This document shows positions 49,005-58,932 of a DNA stretch of 64,000 nucleotides, one piece after another (within the stretch, counting starts at the first letter, position 1; the number at the start of each line of letters is the position of its first letter). The position numbers and the translations under genes are program-made. The DNA is from an uncultured virus (IMG/VR IMGVR_UViG_3300044701_002172). Its lineage: Duplodnaviria > Heunggongvirae > Uroviricota > Caudoviricetes. Location of the stretch: positions 1 through 64,000 of the IMG/VR virus record IMGVR_UViG_3300044701_002172; one strand, written 5' to 3'. A model generated the notes under the pieces. The model made no database searches. It was not told the DNA's origin and saw nothing but the letters and a program-made list of their open reading frames with translations.

Positions 49005-51182
49005 TCAGCGACCAACTACTTCAGCAAACGAAACACCAGTCTTAGTAGCCGTTAAGGTTACGGTAATGTAGTTGATAGAACGGGTTGGCTTGATATAAAT
49101 TTCAGCAACAAATTCGTTTCTATCAATAACATCTGGAGTATTGTTTGAGTCATCACAAACAACCAGGAAGTCGGTTACACCTCTTCTTGCTTGAACTTCA
49201 CTCATATAGGAGTTTAGAGCACTAGCAAAAGATGCTCTTGTTGTCTCATCATTCTGTTCGAATAAAACTTGCTTGGCAAGTCCTTCGGCTCTCTTTTGTA
49301 CATTTAGGAATAAACGACGAACGTTAATTCTGTCAAAAGCAGATGGAGAAGCGAGAGCAGTCTTGTCTCCAAATAGAGTTACGCCAGCACCAGGGAAAGA
49401 AACAATAGGATTGACTCTTGCCTGATATAGCTCATCTCTATCAGCTTTATTTGGGTTGTAAGCAAGTTTAACAGCGTTTCTTAGTGAACCTCTGTTAACA
49501 CCAGCAGGTGAATACCAATCATCGAGAGTAGATGAAGTAGCTACACATAGACCAGCAATATCTCCATTACATGGAATGTAGCGATACTTGTCGTTGAAAC
49601 GATCATAGAAATACTTATAACCGCTATCAAATACACCATATGATGTAGAAGCTAAACCATTAAAGAAATTAATCGTGTTGGTTTTTTGTTGTGATGTTGA
49701 AAGAGCACCACCTGTGCCAACTTGATTTCCTTTGTGTGGAGATACAAATGCTACACAATCTTTTCTTGAAGAAGCAATAGAAAGAACTTTAGCAGCTTTA
49801 GCTTTAGTTTCTGACTCAAGCCCCATTGATCCTCCCATGAGAACGAAATCAATTACGGATTCTTCGGTATCTAAGAATAAATCGTAGGCGTTTCCGATTT
49901 CTCCATTATCATAAACGTAATCATCAGTACCACCAGAAAGATCGACTGTTGAAAGACCATCACGGGTAAAAGCAGTATTTGCCATTTCAATTGAATCATC
50001 ACCCCAATCAATGCCTACGGCAATTCCAGTGTAAGCATAAGATGATTGTTCGTTTAGAACTTCTTTGTAATATGTTTTTGCTCCTTCTGTGCTTCTACCA
50101 TCGGAAAGTTTTGAAAGATATGTAAATCTTTCTACGATAGTATTAGCAGCACCCGAAATAGCCCCAGTAGTATCAATAATAACTACGTGAAGTTCGTCGT
50201 TAGAAATACCTCTGTCGGAAGCAAATTGTGAAGTACCTGGACGAGGACCAATTGCTCCTAAAGTTAATCCAGTAGCTCCAATTTCAGCTGTAGAATACCA
50301 ATCTTTAACAGCACTTACTCCTGTTTCATCATCTAAAATTGTAGCAACCGTTACAATAATATCAGAACCACCGCCAGTAGCAGCACCAGCAAGAGTAATT
50401 GTATCTCCAATTTCGTATCCATTTCCAGCAGTTAACAGAGTTACTGTTACAGCGCCACCTACGCCAGCACCAGCATCAGCAACAACAACCTGGAAAGAAG
50501 CACCGCCAGCATGAGCAGCAGGAGTATAAGTTCCAGGAGTTCTACCAGCTTCGGTTACTCCATCATGAGTAAATGTAGCAATTGGATCTTCTGTTTCAGT
50601 GATGCTATCACCAGCATTGATCAAACCACCCAATACGTTGTTAACTGTTACTTCTCTAGTTACCGAATTGTATAAACCTACTAAAGCGGTTTTTCCAGAA
50701 GCAAAAGTTAAAGTAGATCCTAAAACAGGAGTAACATCAGGAGCTTTATCAAAAGTAAGAACTTGATCGTAACCTCTATCGACTAAAACTACTTTAACCG
50801 AATTGCCCCATGTACCAGCTGTCTTAGCAACAAAAGTTTCTGATGAACCTGTGCCAGCTTCCCAATCAAGATCGTTTCTTACTAGAACTCCAGTACCACT
50901 AGCAGAAGCATTTTTAACATTGGTAGCAGCACGAGCTACAGCTAGTCTGCCGCCATAACCAAGAAACTCAGAAGCTACGTACCAATCTTCAGCATTGGCA
51001 TCAGCAGGCTTTCCGAAAACATCAATTAGTTGTTTTTGGCTGCTGACATTTACAATTTGATTAATAGGTCCTTTTTGGAATGTCGAAGCAAATGCGGCGG
51101 TAATCTGCTGAGCACCAGTGATTACAGCATTTGATAAATCACGCTCCTTAATTACAATACCAGGCGAGACTTGACTTGCCAT
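49005..51182 (-). CDS. g18: Tail sheath protein gp18
   Basis: SPGIVIKERD; WYSPAG..RG; FDRINVRRLF; IKPTRSINYI. Confidence 0.98.
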   Translation of the reverse strand: MASQVSPGIVIKERDLSNAVITGAQQITAAFASTFQKGPINQIVNVSSQKQLIDVFGKPADANAEDWYVASEFLGYGGRLAVARAATNVKNASASGTGVLVRNDLDWEAGTGSSETFVAKTAGTWGNSVKVVLVDRGYDQVLTFDKAPDVTPVLGSTLTFASGKTALVGLYNSVTREVTVNNVLGGLINAGDSITETEDPIATFTHDGVTEAGRTPGTYTPAAHAGGASFQVVVADAGAGVGGAVTVTLLTAGNGYEIGDTITLAGAATGGGSDIIVTVATILDDETGVSAVKDWYSTAEIGATGLTLGAIGPRPGTSQFASDRGISNDELHVVIIDTTGAISGAANTIVERFTYLSKLSDGRSTEGAKTYYKEVLNEQSSYAYTGIAVGIDWGDDSIEMANTAFTRDGLSTVDLSGGTDDYVYDNGEIGNAYDLFLDTEESVIDFVLMGGSMGLESETKAKAAKVLSIASSRKDCVAFVSPHKGNQVGTGGALSTSQQKTNTINFFNGLASTSYGVFDSGYKYFYDRFNDKYRYIPCNGDIAGLCVATSSTLDDWYSPAGVNRGSLRNAVKLAYNPNKADRDELYQARVNPIVSFPGAGVTLFGDKTALASPSAFDRINVRRLFLNVQKRAEGLAKQVLFEQNDETTRASFASALNSYMSEVQARRGVTDFLVVCDDSNNTPDVIDRNEFVAEIYIKPTRSINYITVTLTATKTGVSFAEVVGR

Positions 51183-51233
51183 TTTATTCTCCTCTCGGTG
51201 TTAACCATTTAAATCTAAAATTATTTATAGAAA

Positions 51234-52880
51234 TCAATAGTTCCACATGTATGAAACATCTTCTTGAGTTTCTCCATACCACACACTACCATCCTCTACA
51301 AAACCTTCATCCCCTTCCAAACCAGTTGTGATAAATCCAAATGGTGCCATATCTTGTTCAATCTGATTTTTTTGCTCCTCGTAGATTCTTTTACGAACAT
51401 CATTGTCCGTCATCTCTTTAAAATAATCTTGAACAGCCAACCAAGAAAAGATAACTAAACACATTACGAGGTCATCATGAAATCCATCGTCAGCTTCAAA
51501 CGATTGCTTTTTCTGAATAAATGTGGTAAGCTCAGATATGATTTCGTAATCTCTAAACAAGAGTTTATCATCTTCGATCATCTGCTTCAGGTTTTGACAA
51601 CCAACTTTTTTCACAGTGATTGACATCTTAATACCAAGTTGAGTTTTGTTGCCAGAAAAACCTTGACCAACAATCTGTCCAGCACGACCTCTCATTGAAC
51701 ACATTAATACGTTAGGATATTCTAGATCGTAATTAAGAATAGAAGCAACCTGATCACCAACGTCATTTACTTCACACAACACATAGGCATTATTATATGC
51801 TCGGGCAACGTCGTTAATAACGTTGGGAAATAGCATAGGCTTGATTTCGTTGTTTCTATATTTTCCTACGATTTTGTATGGGACTGTTGTAATATCAAAT
51901 ATAATAAAAGCAGAATAATCGCCTCCAATACCTCGGCTAACGTCTGCTGTAATAATGTATTCAGATTTTGAATTTGGAGTTTCATAAATGTCAAGACCTT
52001 TATTAGAACTAATTGGTGTGTCAAATACAAGTGTTCTTAATTTAGAAGCAGCAATAAGAGTATCAACCGATCCTAAAAATTCACACTCAAATTCCTGAGT
52101 GAACTGTCGTTGAGAAGTATTTTTAATTGTTTCTTCTTTCCACTTAGCATCACGACCAGGAACTTCAGACCAATGAACCTCAGTCCAGATATAATTATTC
52201 CTTTGGTTTTGAGCGTCTACCCACAACTTATAGAAGTGGTTCATACCATATGGGGTAGAAATAATAATAACTTTAGTTTTTTGTCCCGATGAAATGGTAG
52301 GATATACAGACGAGAAGAAATCTTCGGCAATGTGATTTGGAACGAAAGCAAATTCGTCCAAGAAAATAATGTTAAATGACATTCCTCGTACAGCAGATGC
52401 TGACGTTGAGGCAGCCATAATCTTAGAACCATTCTCTAGTTCCATAGAACCTTTGTTCCACGAGAGAACACCCTGTTGTAACCACTTAGGAAGATTCTCG
52501 TATGCTGTCTGTAATCTTCCTAGTAGGTCACGAGCAGTGGATGCTTTGTTTGCTAGAATACCAATGTTGGAACTATCATTAAACAAAGCATAGTGAAGCA
52601 GATAGGAAACCACAACAGTAGATTTCCCTGTCTGTCTTGGAAGTTTAGCAATGTTGAATCTGTTTTCGTGAAACTTTTTGACTAATTCTTTCTGGAAGTC
52701 ATACATCCTAAAAGGAATCAAACCCTCGTCAACCTGAACAATTTTGACATAATTCAGGGCAAAGTATACGGGATCTTCTTTACATTTTAAATATTCTTTA
52801 ATTTCTTCTTTAGTCCACTGGTGGGCAACGTTCGCTTTCTTTAAAAGCGGATTGCCCAAATAAATCTGATCACTACTCAT
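51234..52880 (-). CDS. g17: Terminase large subunit gp17
   Basis: PRQTGKS; FLDEFAF; ISTPYG; DVSRG; HDDLVM. Confidence 0.98.
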   Translation of the reverse strand: MSSDQIYLGNPLLKKANVAHQWTKEEIKEYLKCKEDPVYFALNYVKIVQVDEGLIPFRMYDFQKELVKKFHENRFNIAKLPRQTGKSTVVVSYLLHYALFNDSSNIGILANKASTARDLLGRLQTAYENLPKWLQQGVLSWNKGSMELENGSKIMAASTSASAVRGMSFNIIFLDEFAFVPNHIAEDFFSSVYPTISSGQKTKVIIISTPYGMNHFYKLWVDAQNQRNNYIWTEVHWSEVPGRDAKWKEETIKNTSQRQFTQEFECEFLGSVDTLIAASKLRTLVFDTPISSNKGLDIYETPNSKSEYIITADVSRGIGGDYSAFIIFDITTVPYKIVGKYRNNEIKPMLFPNVINDVARAYNNAYVLCEVNDVGDQVASILNYDLEYPNVLMCSMRGRAGQIVGQGFSGNKTQLGIKMSITVKKVGCQNLKQMIEDDKLLFRDYEIISELTTFIQKKQSFEADDGFHDDLVMCLVIFSWLAVQDYFKEMTDNDVRKRIYEEQKNQIEQDMAPFGFITTGLEGDEGFVEDGSVWYGETQEDVSYMWNY

Positions 52881-53109
52881 TCAAACCCCTTTGTATATCT
52901 TTATCAATAGCATCCATATTATTTAACCTGTTCTCCCATCCTTTACCATCAGTGGTTCCTTTACGAGGATTGATACAAGTATCATCGCCAAACTTGTCAC
53001 AAACAAGAGATGCTAATTCTGATTCATCGCCTTTTTTGTTTGTGCCAGTCCAGAAATGTTGCCCGCCGATCCACTGAGCCCCACACTTGGGACATGCTTT
53101 GGTATCCAT
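52873..53109 (-). CDS. Small four-Cys protein
   Basis: CPKC...LVC...CINP; overlaps the g17 start. Confidence 0.75.
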   Translation of the reverse strand: MDTKACPKCGAQWIGGQHFWTGTNKKGDESELASLVCDKFGDDTCINPRKGTTDGKGWENRLNNMDAIDKDIQRGLNE

Positions 53110-53133
53110 GAGTATCACCTTAAGACGGTTAAT

Positions 53134-53176
53134 ATTATATTTAGAATACAGTGTTCACGCTGTAACAATAGTTACT
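53134..53176 (-). promoter_or_regulatory. NtcA class II-type promoter
   Basis: GTA-N8-TAC (53175-53162), 22 nt, TATAAT (53139-53134). Confidence 0.7.
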
Positions 53177-53196
53177 GAAGTTATGTTAAGAAATCC

Positions 53197-53451
53197 TCAC
53201 CCTTCGTGCTTGTTATCCATGTAGGAAGCAACAGAATCCATGTAGTCAGCTGCTAAAGTTACCTTTGATTGAACCCAACCAGGAACCTGCATGGTTGGTG
53301 ATTGAATAGATGCTTTGAGACGATCACAGCAATGCTTGATCTCTTCAATTTGATTCATGATCATTGCTCCTTCATCATCAAGCTCTTTTCCCATTGCCAC
53401 ATCAATGTGGTTTTCTGTTAATGATTCTTTGAGTTGTTTAAAAGTTTTCAT
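53197..53451 (-). CDS. Hypothetical protein (possible head-associated)
   Basis: MKTFKQLKE...DDEGAM...WVQSKVTLAADY. Confidence 0.75.
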   Translation of the reverse strand: MKTFKQLKESLTENHIDVAMGKELDDEGAMIMNQIEEIKHCCDRLKASIQSPTMQVPGWVQSKVTLAADYMDSVASYMDNKHEG

Positions 53452-53452
53452 T

Positions 53453-54172
53453 TTAATCCTCCAGTAAAAGTAAATCGAATGCTGCTGTGTAACGACCATT
53501 ATTTGATCTAGTAGTTATACGAACATCAATATCAGATTTTTCGGGAATACGAATTGGGAATGAAAATTCATAATCATATTCTCCTCCAGTGGATACTTCA
53601 AACGAGTGACCTATCCTAAATGATGCTTGACCGAAATAACGAACAAACATATGACCGCTGCCATCAGCAGATGCTTGTGCTGTAGCAACTCCTTTATATA
53701 AGTAAGCGGTCTTGCCAGCAGGCACGGTGTAGATTGCCATAAGAGTTTGTGCTTTTGTAGCAGTAATTCTCAATACATCTGTACCATTCTTTGTAAAGTT
53801 TATGTCGCCCACATTATTTGTGGAACCATTTACGAGATACGCTCTAAACACACGCTTGAATGAAACCGTTCCAGCAACAGTAGCGGTGCTTGATAGCGTA
53901 AATGTTTCCGATATTTCGTTGTAGTTAGCATCTAGTCCAAGTACAGTAACTTGCTTTCCATTATCGGAAGCGTTGGCAATAGAAGCAGTAATAATTCCAG
54001 CAGTATCAAAAGCACTCCATGGATAAATGGTGTCGTTTTTATCCCACACAGTTCCTGTAGTGCTTTGAGATAGTGCGGGGACAGCGCCAAACTTATGAAT
54101 GGTTGATGCTCCACGGACTTTGCCCCTTGATACATTTAATCTAAAATTTTCGTCCCAATTAAAATTAGCCAT
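53453..54172 (-). CDS. Virion structural protein
   Basis: HKFG; QTLMAIYTVPAGKTAY; IPEKSDI; located in late cluster. Confidence 0.7.
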   Translation of the reverse strand: MANFNWDENFRLNVSRGKVRGASTIHKFGAVPALSQSTTGTVWDKNDTIYPWSAFDTAGIITASIANASDNGKQVTVLGLDANYNEISETFTLSSTATVAGTVSFKRVFRAYLVNGSTNNVGDINFTKNGTDVLRITATKAQTLMAIYTVPAGKTAYLYKGVATAQASADGSGHMFVRYFGQASFRIGHSFEVSTGGEYDYEFSFPIRIPEKSDIDVRITTRSNNGRYTAAFDLLLLED

Positions 54173-54423
54173 TAGTTTTTATAAGCGACTTTAACAGCTT
54201 TAATACCAGAGCCACCCTCAATAGTGTCTGTGGGATCTTTTTCTACATAGGCAACTTCGCCACCAGCCAAAGTAAAAGTTCCTAAAGTAACAGGAGTATC
54301 ATCAGCATTTTTTAAAGTAACTAAAGCGGCAGAGCCAGTGTTATAAAGCCTTACAACAGTTGCTTTGCCAACATCAGTAGCAGCTGCAAGAGTAGTTTCC
54401 GATCCCAATAATTTGACTAACAT
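54172..54423 (-). CDS. Small structural/hypothetical protein
   Basis: 83 aa, beta-rich; ATAAATA upstream. Confidence 0.7.
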   Translation of the reverse strand: MLVKLLGSETTLAAATDVGKATVVRLYNTGSAALVTLKNADDTPVTLGTFTLAGGEVAYVEKDPTDTIEGGSGIKAVKVAYKN

Positions 54424-54445
54424 TGCTTTATCTTTTATTGACTAT

Positions 54446-54868
54446 TTATCCTTCGGGTAAATTTTTGCCCATTTCTTTAATCATCTTTTGAAGATCAGCA
54501 GTGCTACCAACAAACATTGTATTGTTAACTGTAGTTGGTCCAGCACCTTTCATTGGAGCATCGAGGTCTTTCATTTTCTTCTGAAGATCAATTAATTTAT
54601 CAGTCATGTCTGAGACCTGCTTCATAGCGTTCACAGCGACTTCAAACGCTCGGGGGTGCCCAGACTCCTGAGCAACCTCTAAAGCCCCTTGTACAGCCTC
54701 CTGGCCCTTCTCTATGAGGTCGTAGAGTTGACCACGAGTATATTCGTAATCTTTTTCTGGATCATCTTTTTTGGCAGGAGGTATTTTTTCTGATTTAACA
54801 ATTTCTGTTGTTTCAGTTTCAACTTCAATATCAAATATTTGTTCCATATTTTTTTCAAATTCGTTCAT
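54446..54868 (-). CDS. g16: Terminase small subunit gp16
   Basis: DYEYTR; HPRAFEV; FVGSTADLQK. Confidence 0.93.
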   Translation of the reverse strand: MNEFEKNMEQIFDIEVETETTEIVKSEKIPPAKKDDPEKDYEYTRGQLYDLIEKGQEAVQGALEVAQESGHPRAFEVAVNAMKQVSDMTDKLIDLQKKMKDLDAPMKGAGPTTVNNTMFVGSTADLQKMIKEMGKNLPEG

Positions 54869-55677
54869 AGTAGATCAATAGTTCCATTAAATCCAAAGTC
54901 ATCGTCTGGCATCACAAAAGCATCATCTGCTGAAGTAATTACTCCATCTTCATTATAATCTTCTAATGCTTTTGGACTATACGAGAATCTAGCATTACGC
55001 TTACTTTCTTGTAGATCGCCAACAGTTTCGTAAATAATAGCCTTACGGATGATGTCAGCCTGATTGAAAGGACCATAGATATATGACTTGGCAGTAAATT
55101 GAAAAGTCCAAGTAATTGATCTACGGTTAGCGTACTCACCATCCCATGAATCATCAAGATCAATATTGTTTAATACTATAGCAACGTCTTTCTTTTCATC
55201 CATGTCTGGAATGAAATTAATTGTGACATTGAAATTTGGTTGGAAGTATGGTAGAATCTGTTCGACAATCTGTAGTCCATCATCCTGTGACTTCACTAGA
55301 ACTCCTAGTTCAAAATCAATATTGTAAGGAACAGGAACATACTGAACTCTTACTTCATTGCCATTATCAGCAACAACAGTTCTGTATTTTTGAATAGGAC
55401 TTACTTTTCTGGCACTATCATAATTAATATTAGTCATCTCGAAATACATACGAGGTAATCTCATATACTCGTATGGTGCTCCTGGAGTAGGATCTGGGTT
55501 CTGCTCGATACGAGCCAAGAACTTATCCTTTGGACCATAAGCAAGAGGAACTTTCTGGACCTCAAGAACTTCTTTGGTTTGAGGATCTTTTCTTTGAACC
55601 TCGATATTGTTGAATAGTGTTCCGAAGCCAACTACAGTTTTTCGTATTGCTTCGTTATAAAAATGAGTTCCTAACAT
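54865..55677 (-). CDS. g15: Tail sheath stabiliser gp15
   Basis: FGTLFNNI; VPLAYGPK; EQILPYFQP. Confidence 0.95.
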   Translation of the reverse strand: MLGTHFYNEAIRKTVVGFGTLFNNIEVQRKDPQTKEVLEVQKVPLAYGPKDKFLARIEQNPDPTPGAPYEYMRLPRMYFEMTNINYDSARKVSPIQKYRTVVADNGNEVRVQYVPVPYNIDFELGVLVKSQDDGLQIVEQILPYFQPNFNVTINFIPDMDEKKDVAIVLNNIDLDDSWDGEYANRRSITWTFQFTAKSYIYGPFNQADIIRKAIIYETVGDLQESKRNARFSYSPKALEDYNEDGVITSADDAFVMPDDDFGFNGTIDLL

Positions 55678-56555
55678 TAAAAGCTATCCATAAAATTGCC
55701 ATACTCTCCAAATGGATTCTTTTCACTAAAATCAAGAATGCCATCTGACTCGTCTTGAATATATTTATTTTGATCGTAATCAGTATTAGGATCTTCTTGA
55801 GTTCTGAACGATTCTACAACCCAATCAGCTTCAGATTCTGAGCCAACTAACATTTCATCTTCAACAAATGTTCCATCTCTAGTAATAACACGAAGAGTAT
55901 TTGTTTCGGAATTCCAACTAGAAACTTTAGCAGTAACACCAGATACACTTCCAGTTACAATTTCGCCAACTTCATAAGGAACAATACCACTACCAGAAAC
56001 CATCACAATATCAATAGCAGGAGTAAGAATATTTTCAATGAGATCAATATCAGCAATTCCAGTATCAATAGATTCATTGCCCATCTCATAGATCTCGGCA
56101 GTGATCTGATAAAACTGTAGTTTACCAAATTGATGGAATACAGCTTCTACTTCCACGAATTTAATTTCGTAAAGATCTTTGGTGAGAGGGAAGAATAATA
56201 AGTCACCTTCCAGTGGTCTTATAATACTCTTATAATCGTTAGCTGTTGCTTCTTGAATCCATCTTCTCTGGGATACAATAAATTTAATCTCATCAGTTAC
56301 CTTGAGACCAAATTTACTAATAAATTCTGATTGTCCAAATCCTTCTACATTTTGAAGATACATTTCAATCTTGAATTGCTCTTCAAATTTTGAGTAGATA
56401 ATATCGTCTAGTGTATTTTCATTCAGTAACGTTCTTGGTAGATAATAGATATCCGTTCCAAACAGTTTAATCTGTTCGTCAACAAGATCTTGAACGAGAC
56501 TTTGCTCGCCCGAATATCCACTATAGTATTCTGGAAAGTAAGGACTAGTAGGCAT
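55677..56555 (-). CDS. g14: Neck protein gp14
   Basis: EQIKLFG.DIYYLPR; SKFGL; PLEGDL; FSEKNPFG. Confidence 0.95.
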   Translation of the reverse strand: MPTSPYFPEYYSGYSGEQSLVQDLVDEQIKLFGTDIYYLPRTLLNENTLDDIIYSKFEEQFKIEMYLQNVEGFGQSEFISKFGLKVTDEIKFIVSQRRWIQEATANDYKSIIRPLEGDLLFFPLTKDLYEIKFVEVEAVFHQFGKLQFYQITAEIYEMGNESIDTGIADIDLIENILTPAIDIVMVSGSGIVPYEVGEIVTGSVSGVTAKVSSWNSETNTLRVITRDGTFVEDEMLVGSESEADWVVESFRTQEDPNTDYDQNKYIQDESDGILDFSEKNPFGEYGNFMDSF

Positions 56556-56556
56556 C

Positions 56557-57387
56557 TTATCCGATCATATCCATTGGAGGTAGGGAGTAATCTGTGAGCA
56601 TTCTTGCTTCTAGATCTTTAACTTCATTGTCGCCATCCTCCCAGATCTGACGACCATTTAATGTAATGCCACCAGGCAATTGAACGTTATTATATTTGAT
56701 GAGGTTCTGACCCCACTGACGCTTCATTAAGGCAGTGGCGTAACGCTTAACAAAACTATCATTCCATACCTGACCCCATTCTGCTGGATCTAAAGCACGA
56801 TAGCAATCAATAACCAGATAGTTGCCCTCAGTAATTCTATCAACATCAATGTCAAGATATAATCTATCTTGTCTCTTGTTGAAACGAAACTCAACGAGAG
56901 CACCAGTGTTAATGACCATATCGATATCTTCAAAATATCTTTTGATCATGTAGTAGTTTGCTAGGTCAAAGTGACCAAAAGTATAACCAGCAGAAAATGA
57001 AAAGATATCCATGAGGAAATACTGATTACTAAATCCCCACATGTCATTACGAGCAAAGTTAGAGGTAACACCAAATACCTTTTGTATACCAATTACATGA
57101 TCTGGTACTTCAATGAAATTTTTTCTATTAATCCATTCTGATCCATCTGGATCTGCTGTGTTAGTAAGTTCGTCTGTTTCTTTAAATCTTGTTACATCAT
57201 CGGCAGTAATTTGATGCTTGAGATACATTCTCTCGATGCCATCAAAGTGATACTCTTGGTAATATTGGATAGCAGTATCAATAATATCATCAACTTGATC
57301 ATCATCAATATTAATTTGTAGCACAGGAGCACCTAACTGTCTCTTACAGTAATTAACTAGTTCCTGTCTTGATGATGGCTTTGCCAT
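56557..57387 (-). CDS. g13: Neck protein gp13
   Basis: RQLGAPVLQIN; KRQWGQNLIKY; LPGGITLNG. Confidence 0.96.
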   Translation of the reverse strand: MAKPSSRQELVNYCKRQLGAPVLQINIDDDQVDDIIDTAIQYYQEYHFDGIERMYLKHQITADDVTRFKETDELTNTADPDGSEWINRKNFIEVPDHVIGIQKVFGVTSNFARNDMWGFSNQYFLMDIFSFSAGYTFGHFDLANYYMIKRYFEDIDMVINTGALVEFRFNKRQDRLYLDIDVDRITEGNYLVIDCYRALDPAEWGQVWNDSFVKRYATALMKRQWGQNLIKYNNVQLPGGITLNGRQIWEDGDNEVKDLEARMLTDYSLPPMDMIG

Positions 57388-57397
57388 TTAATTAGAT

Positions 57398-57433
57398 ACA
57401 AAAAATCCCTACCTGTATTTAGCAGATAGGGAT
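57398..57433 (-). terminator. Terminator with a late-promoter core in its loop
   Basis: TCCCTATCTG-CTAAATA-CAGGTAGGGA-TTTTTT. Confidence 0.65.
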
Positions 57434-57453
57434 ATTGGGTTATATTTATTTAA

Positions 57454-57639
57454 TTATTCTGCTGAAGCTTCTTCTGTCTCTTCTGCTGGAGGATTGAGAA
57501 GAGCTAGGGTTTCAAGACCACCCTGAAGTTTCAGTTTATATTCTTTTGCTTTTTCGAGGTTTGCTTCGAGTTCGAAAATTTGCTTTTCTGCTGTAGCAAG
57601 TTGCTCTTCGAAGTTCTTTTTGAGTTGTTCAGTGTCCAT
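57454..57639 (-). CDS. Small coiled-coil protein
   Basis: MDTEQLKKNFEEQL...KLQGGLETL. Confidence 0.7.
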   Translation of the reverse strand: MDTEQLKKNFEEQLATAEKQIFELEANLEKAKEYKLKLQGGLETLALLNPPAEETEEASAE

Positions 57640-57667
57640 GTCGTTAATGTAAAATGATGTGACTAAT

Positions 57668-58345
57668 TTATTTATATACCTCCATAAAGTAAACCATAGT
57701 GTGCCTAACATCAGTTGCCCATCTGGGACCTATTGTTGAAGCATGATGAACATTACCATCGTATATAATTAATCTATTATATTTTGCTGGCAAAAATCCA
57801 ATTTTATTTACATCAGAATGCTCTACCCATGATTGTGATGTTTTATGTAATCCATGTTTATTAAATATTGCTGTTCCATCAGTATCGTCATATTCTTTAT
57901 TAAAATATGTAATACTTGCTATAGTATTTGGACCATCTTGATGAGGACCGTAGTAACAATTTTTGTATTTTAAATACGCTTCTGGCGTTATATTAAATAA
58001 ATTATTTGACAACAAAAATGTTTTTTCCGTTGATATATCTACAGGAATTAAATTAAAACATTTGTTTACTATATCTTCTAAAACAGATATAAACAATTCT
58101 TTTTTGTAAAAAACAAATTGTGACCTACCATCATAATACTCCGTTCCATTGGCAGGAACATCATACGCTCCCGCTAATTTTACAGTTGGTATTTTTAAAG
58201 CTAACTCATGTATTTTATCAGGATACGTCCAAAAATCATCAATAACTAAGTAATCTCCCCACGTATCACTATAAACTTTAACGTCAAAATTATTTACGGA
58301 AAAAATATCCGAAGTAATTAAATCAGGTAAATTAATATTATTCAT
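57668..58345 (-). CDS. 2OG-Fe(II) oxygenase-like protein
   Basis: VIDDF; PHQD; GTAIF; KYNRLIIYDG..HH; R. Confidence 0.8.
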   Translation of the reverse strand: MNNINLPDLITSDIFSVNNFDVKVYSDTWGDYLVIDDFWTYPDKIHELALKIPTVKLAGAYDVPANGTEYYDGRSQFVFYKKELFISVLEDIVNKCFNLIPVDISTEKTFLLSNNLFNITPEAYLKYKNCYYGPHQDGPNTIASITYFNKEYDDTDGTAIFNKHGLHKTSQSWVEHSDVNKIGFLPAKYNRLIIYDGNVHHASTIGPRWATDVRHTMVYFMEVYK

Positions 58346-58932
58346 ACAAATCTAGGACCTAATATCCATCCAACCAAAGATTTTCTATTACCTTTTTTTA
58401 CTTTTAAAACTCTATGTTTTAATGAGCTATCAAATACAGCAATAACTCCTCGTTCTTTTGGCACAGTAAATAATTCATTAGTAGATGAAGACATTATTTG
58501 AACATCACCACCTTCATATTCAGATGGATCCGATAATTGTAATGTAAAAGATAATTTTCTTACATCTCCATTTTGATATGGATTGATAGAATCTGTGTGC
58601 CAATTATAAAATTCTCCTTCGGAATATGTAGTATATTGAATTTGATTTTGATCGAAAGAATGAATATTATAATTAAAATTTTCTTTATTTGCTATTTTTA
58701 TAAAATAATCACACATAGCCCCAACCCACGTAGAAGAATTAATAAATTGAATTTTACTTTTTCTTATATTTAAATTTACTCCCTCTCCCGTCATTCCGTA
58801 ATCTAATTCATCTTCATTCACATTAAAATTATTTTTTAATTCCTTTTCAATAATATCAACTATATCTTTGGGCAATCCAGTGCTAACCCAATACATATCA
58901 AATTTTTCTGACGGCGAATTAAATTTAAGCAT
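58342..58932 (-). CDS. 2OG-Fe(II) oxygenase (prolyl-hydroxylase-like)
   Basis: WHTD; RKLSF; YEGG; HRV..V..G.RKSLVGW. Confidence 0.9.
   Translation of the reverse strand: MLKFNSPSEKFDMYWVSTGLPKDIVDIIEKELKNNFNVNEDELDYGMTGEGVNLNIRKSKIQFINSSTWVGAMCDYFIKIANKENFNYNIHSFDQNQIQYTTYSEGEFYNWHTDSINPYQNGDVRKLSFTLQLSDPSEYEGGDVQIMSSSTNELFTVPKERGVIAVFDSSLKHRVLKVKKGNRKSLVGWILGPRFV

Noticed and set aside
13606..52880. Introns, inteins or homing endonucleases in nrdA/B, g41, g43, g20, g17
   Set aside because: All are continuous and of ordinary length; no such motifs seen
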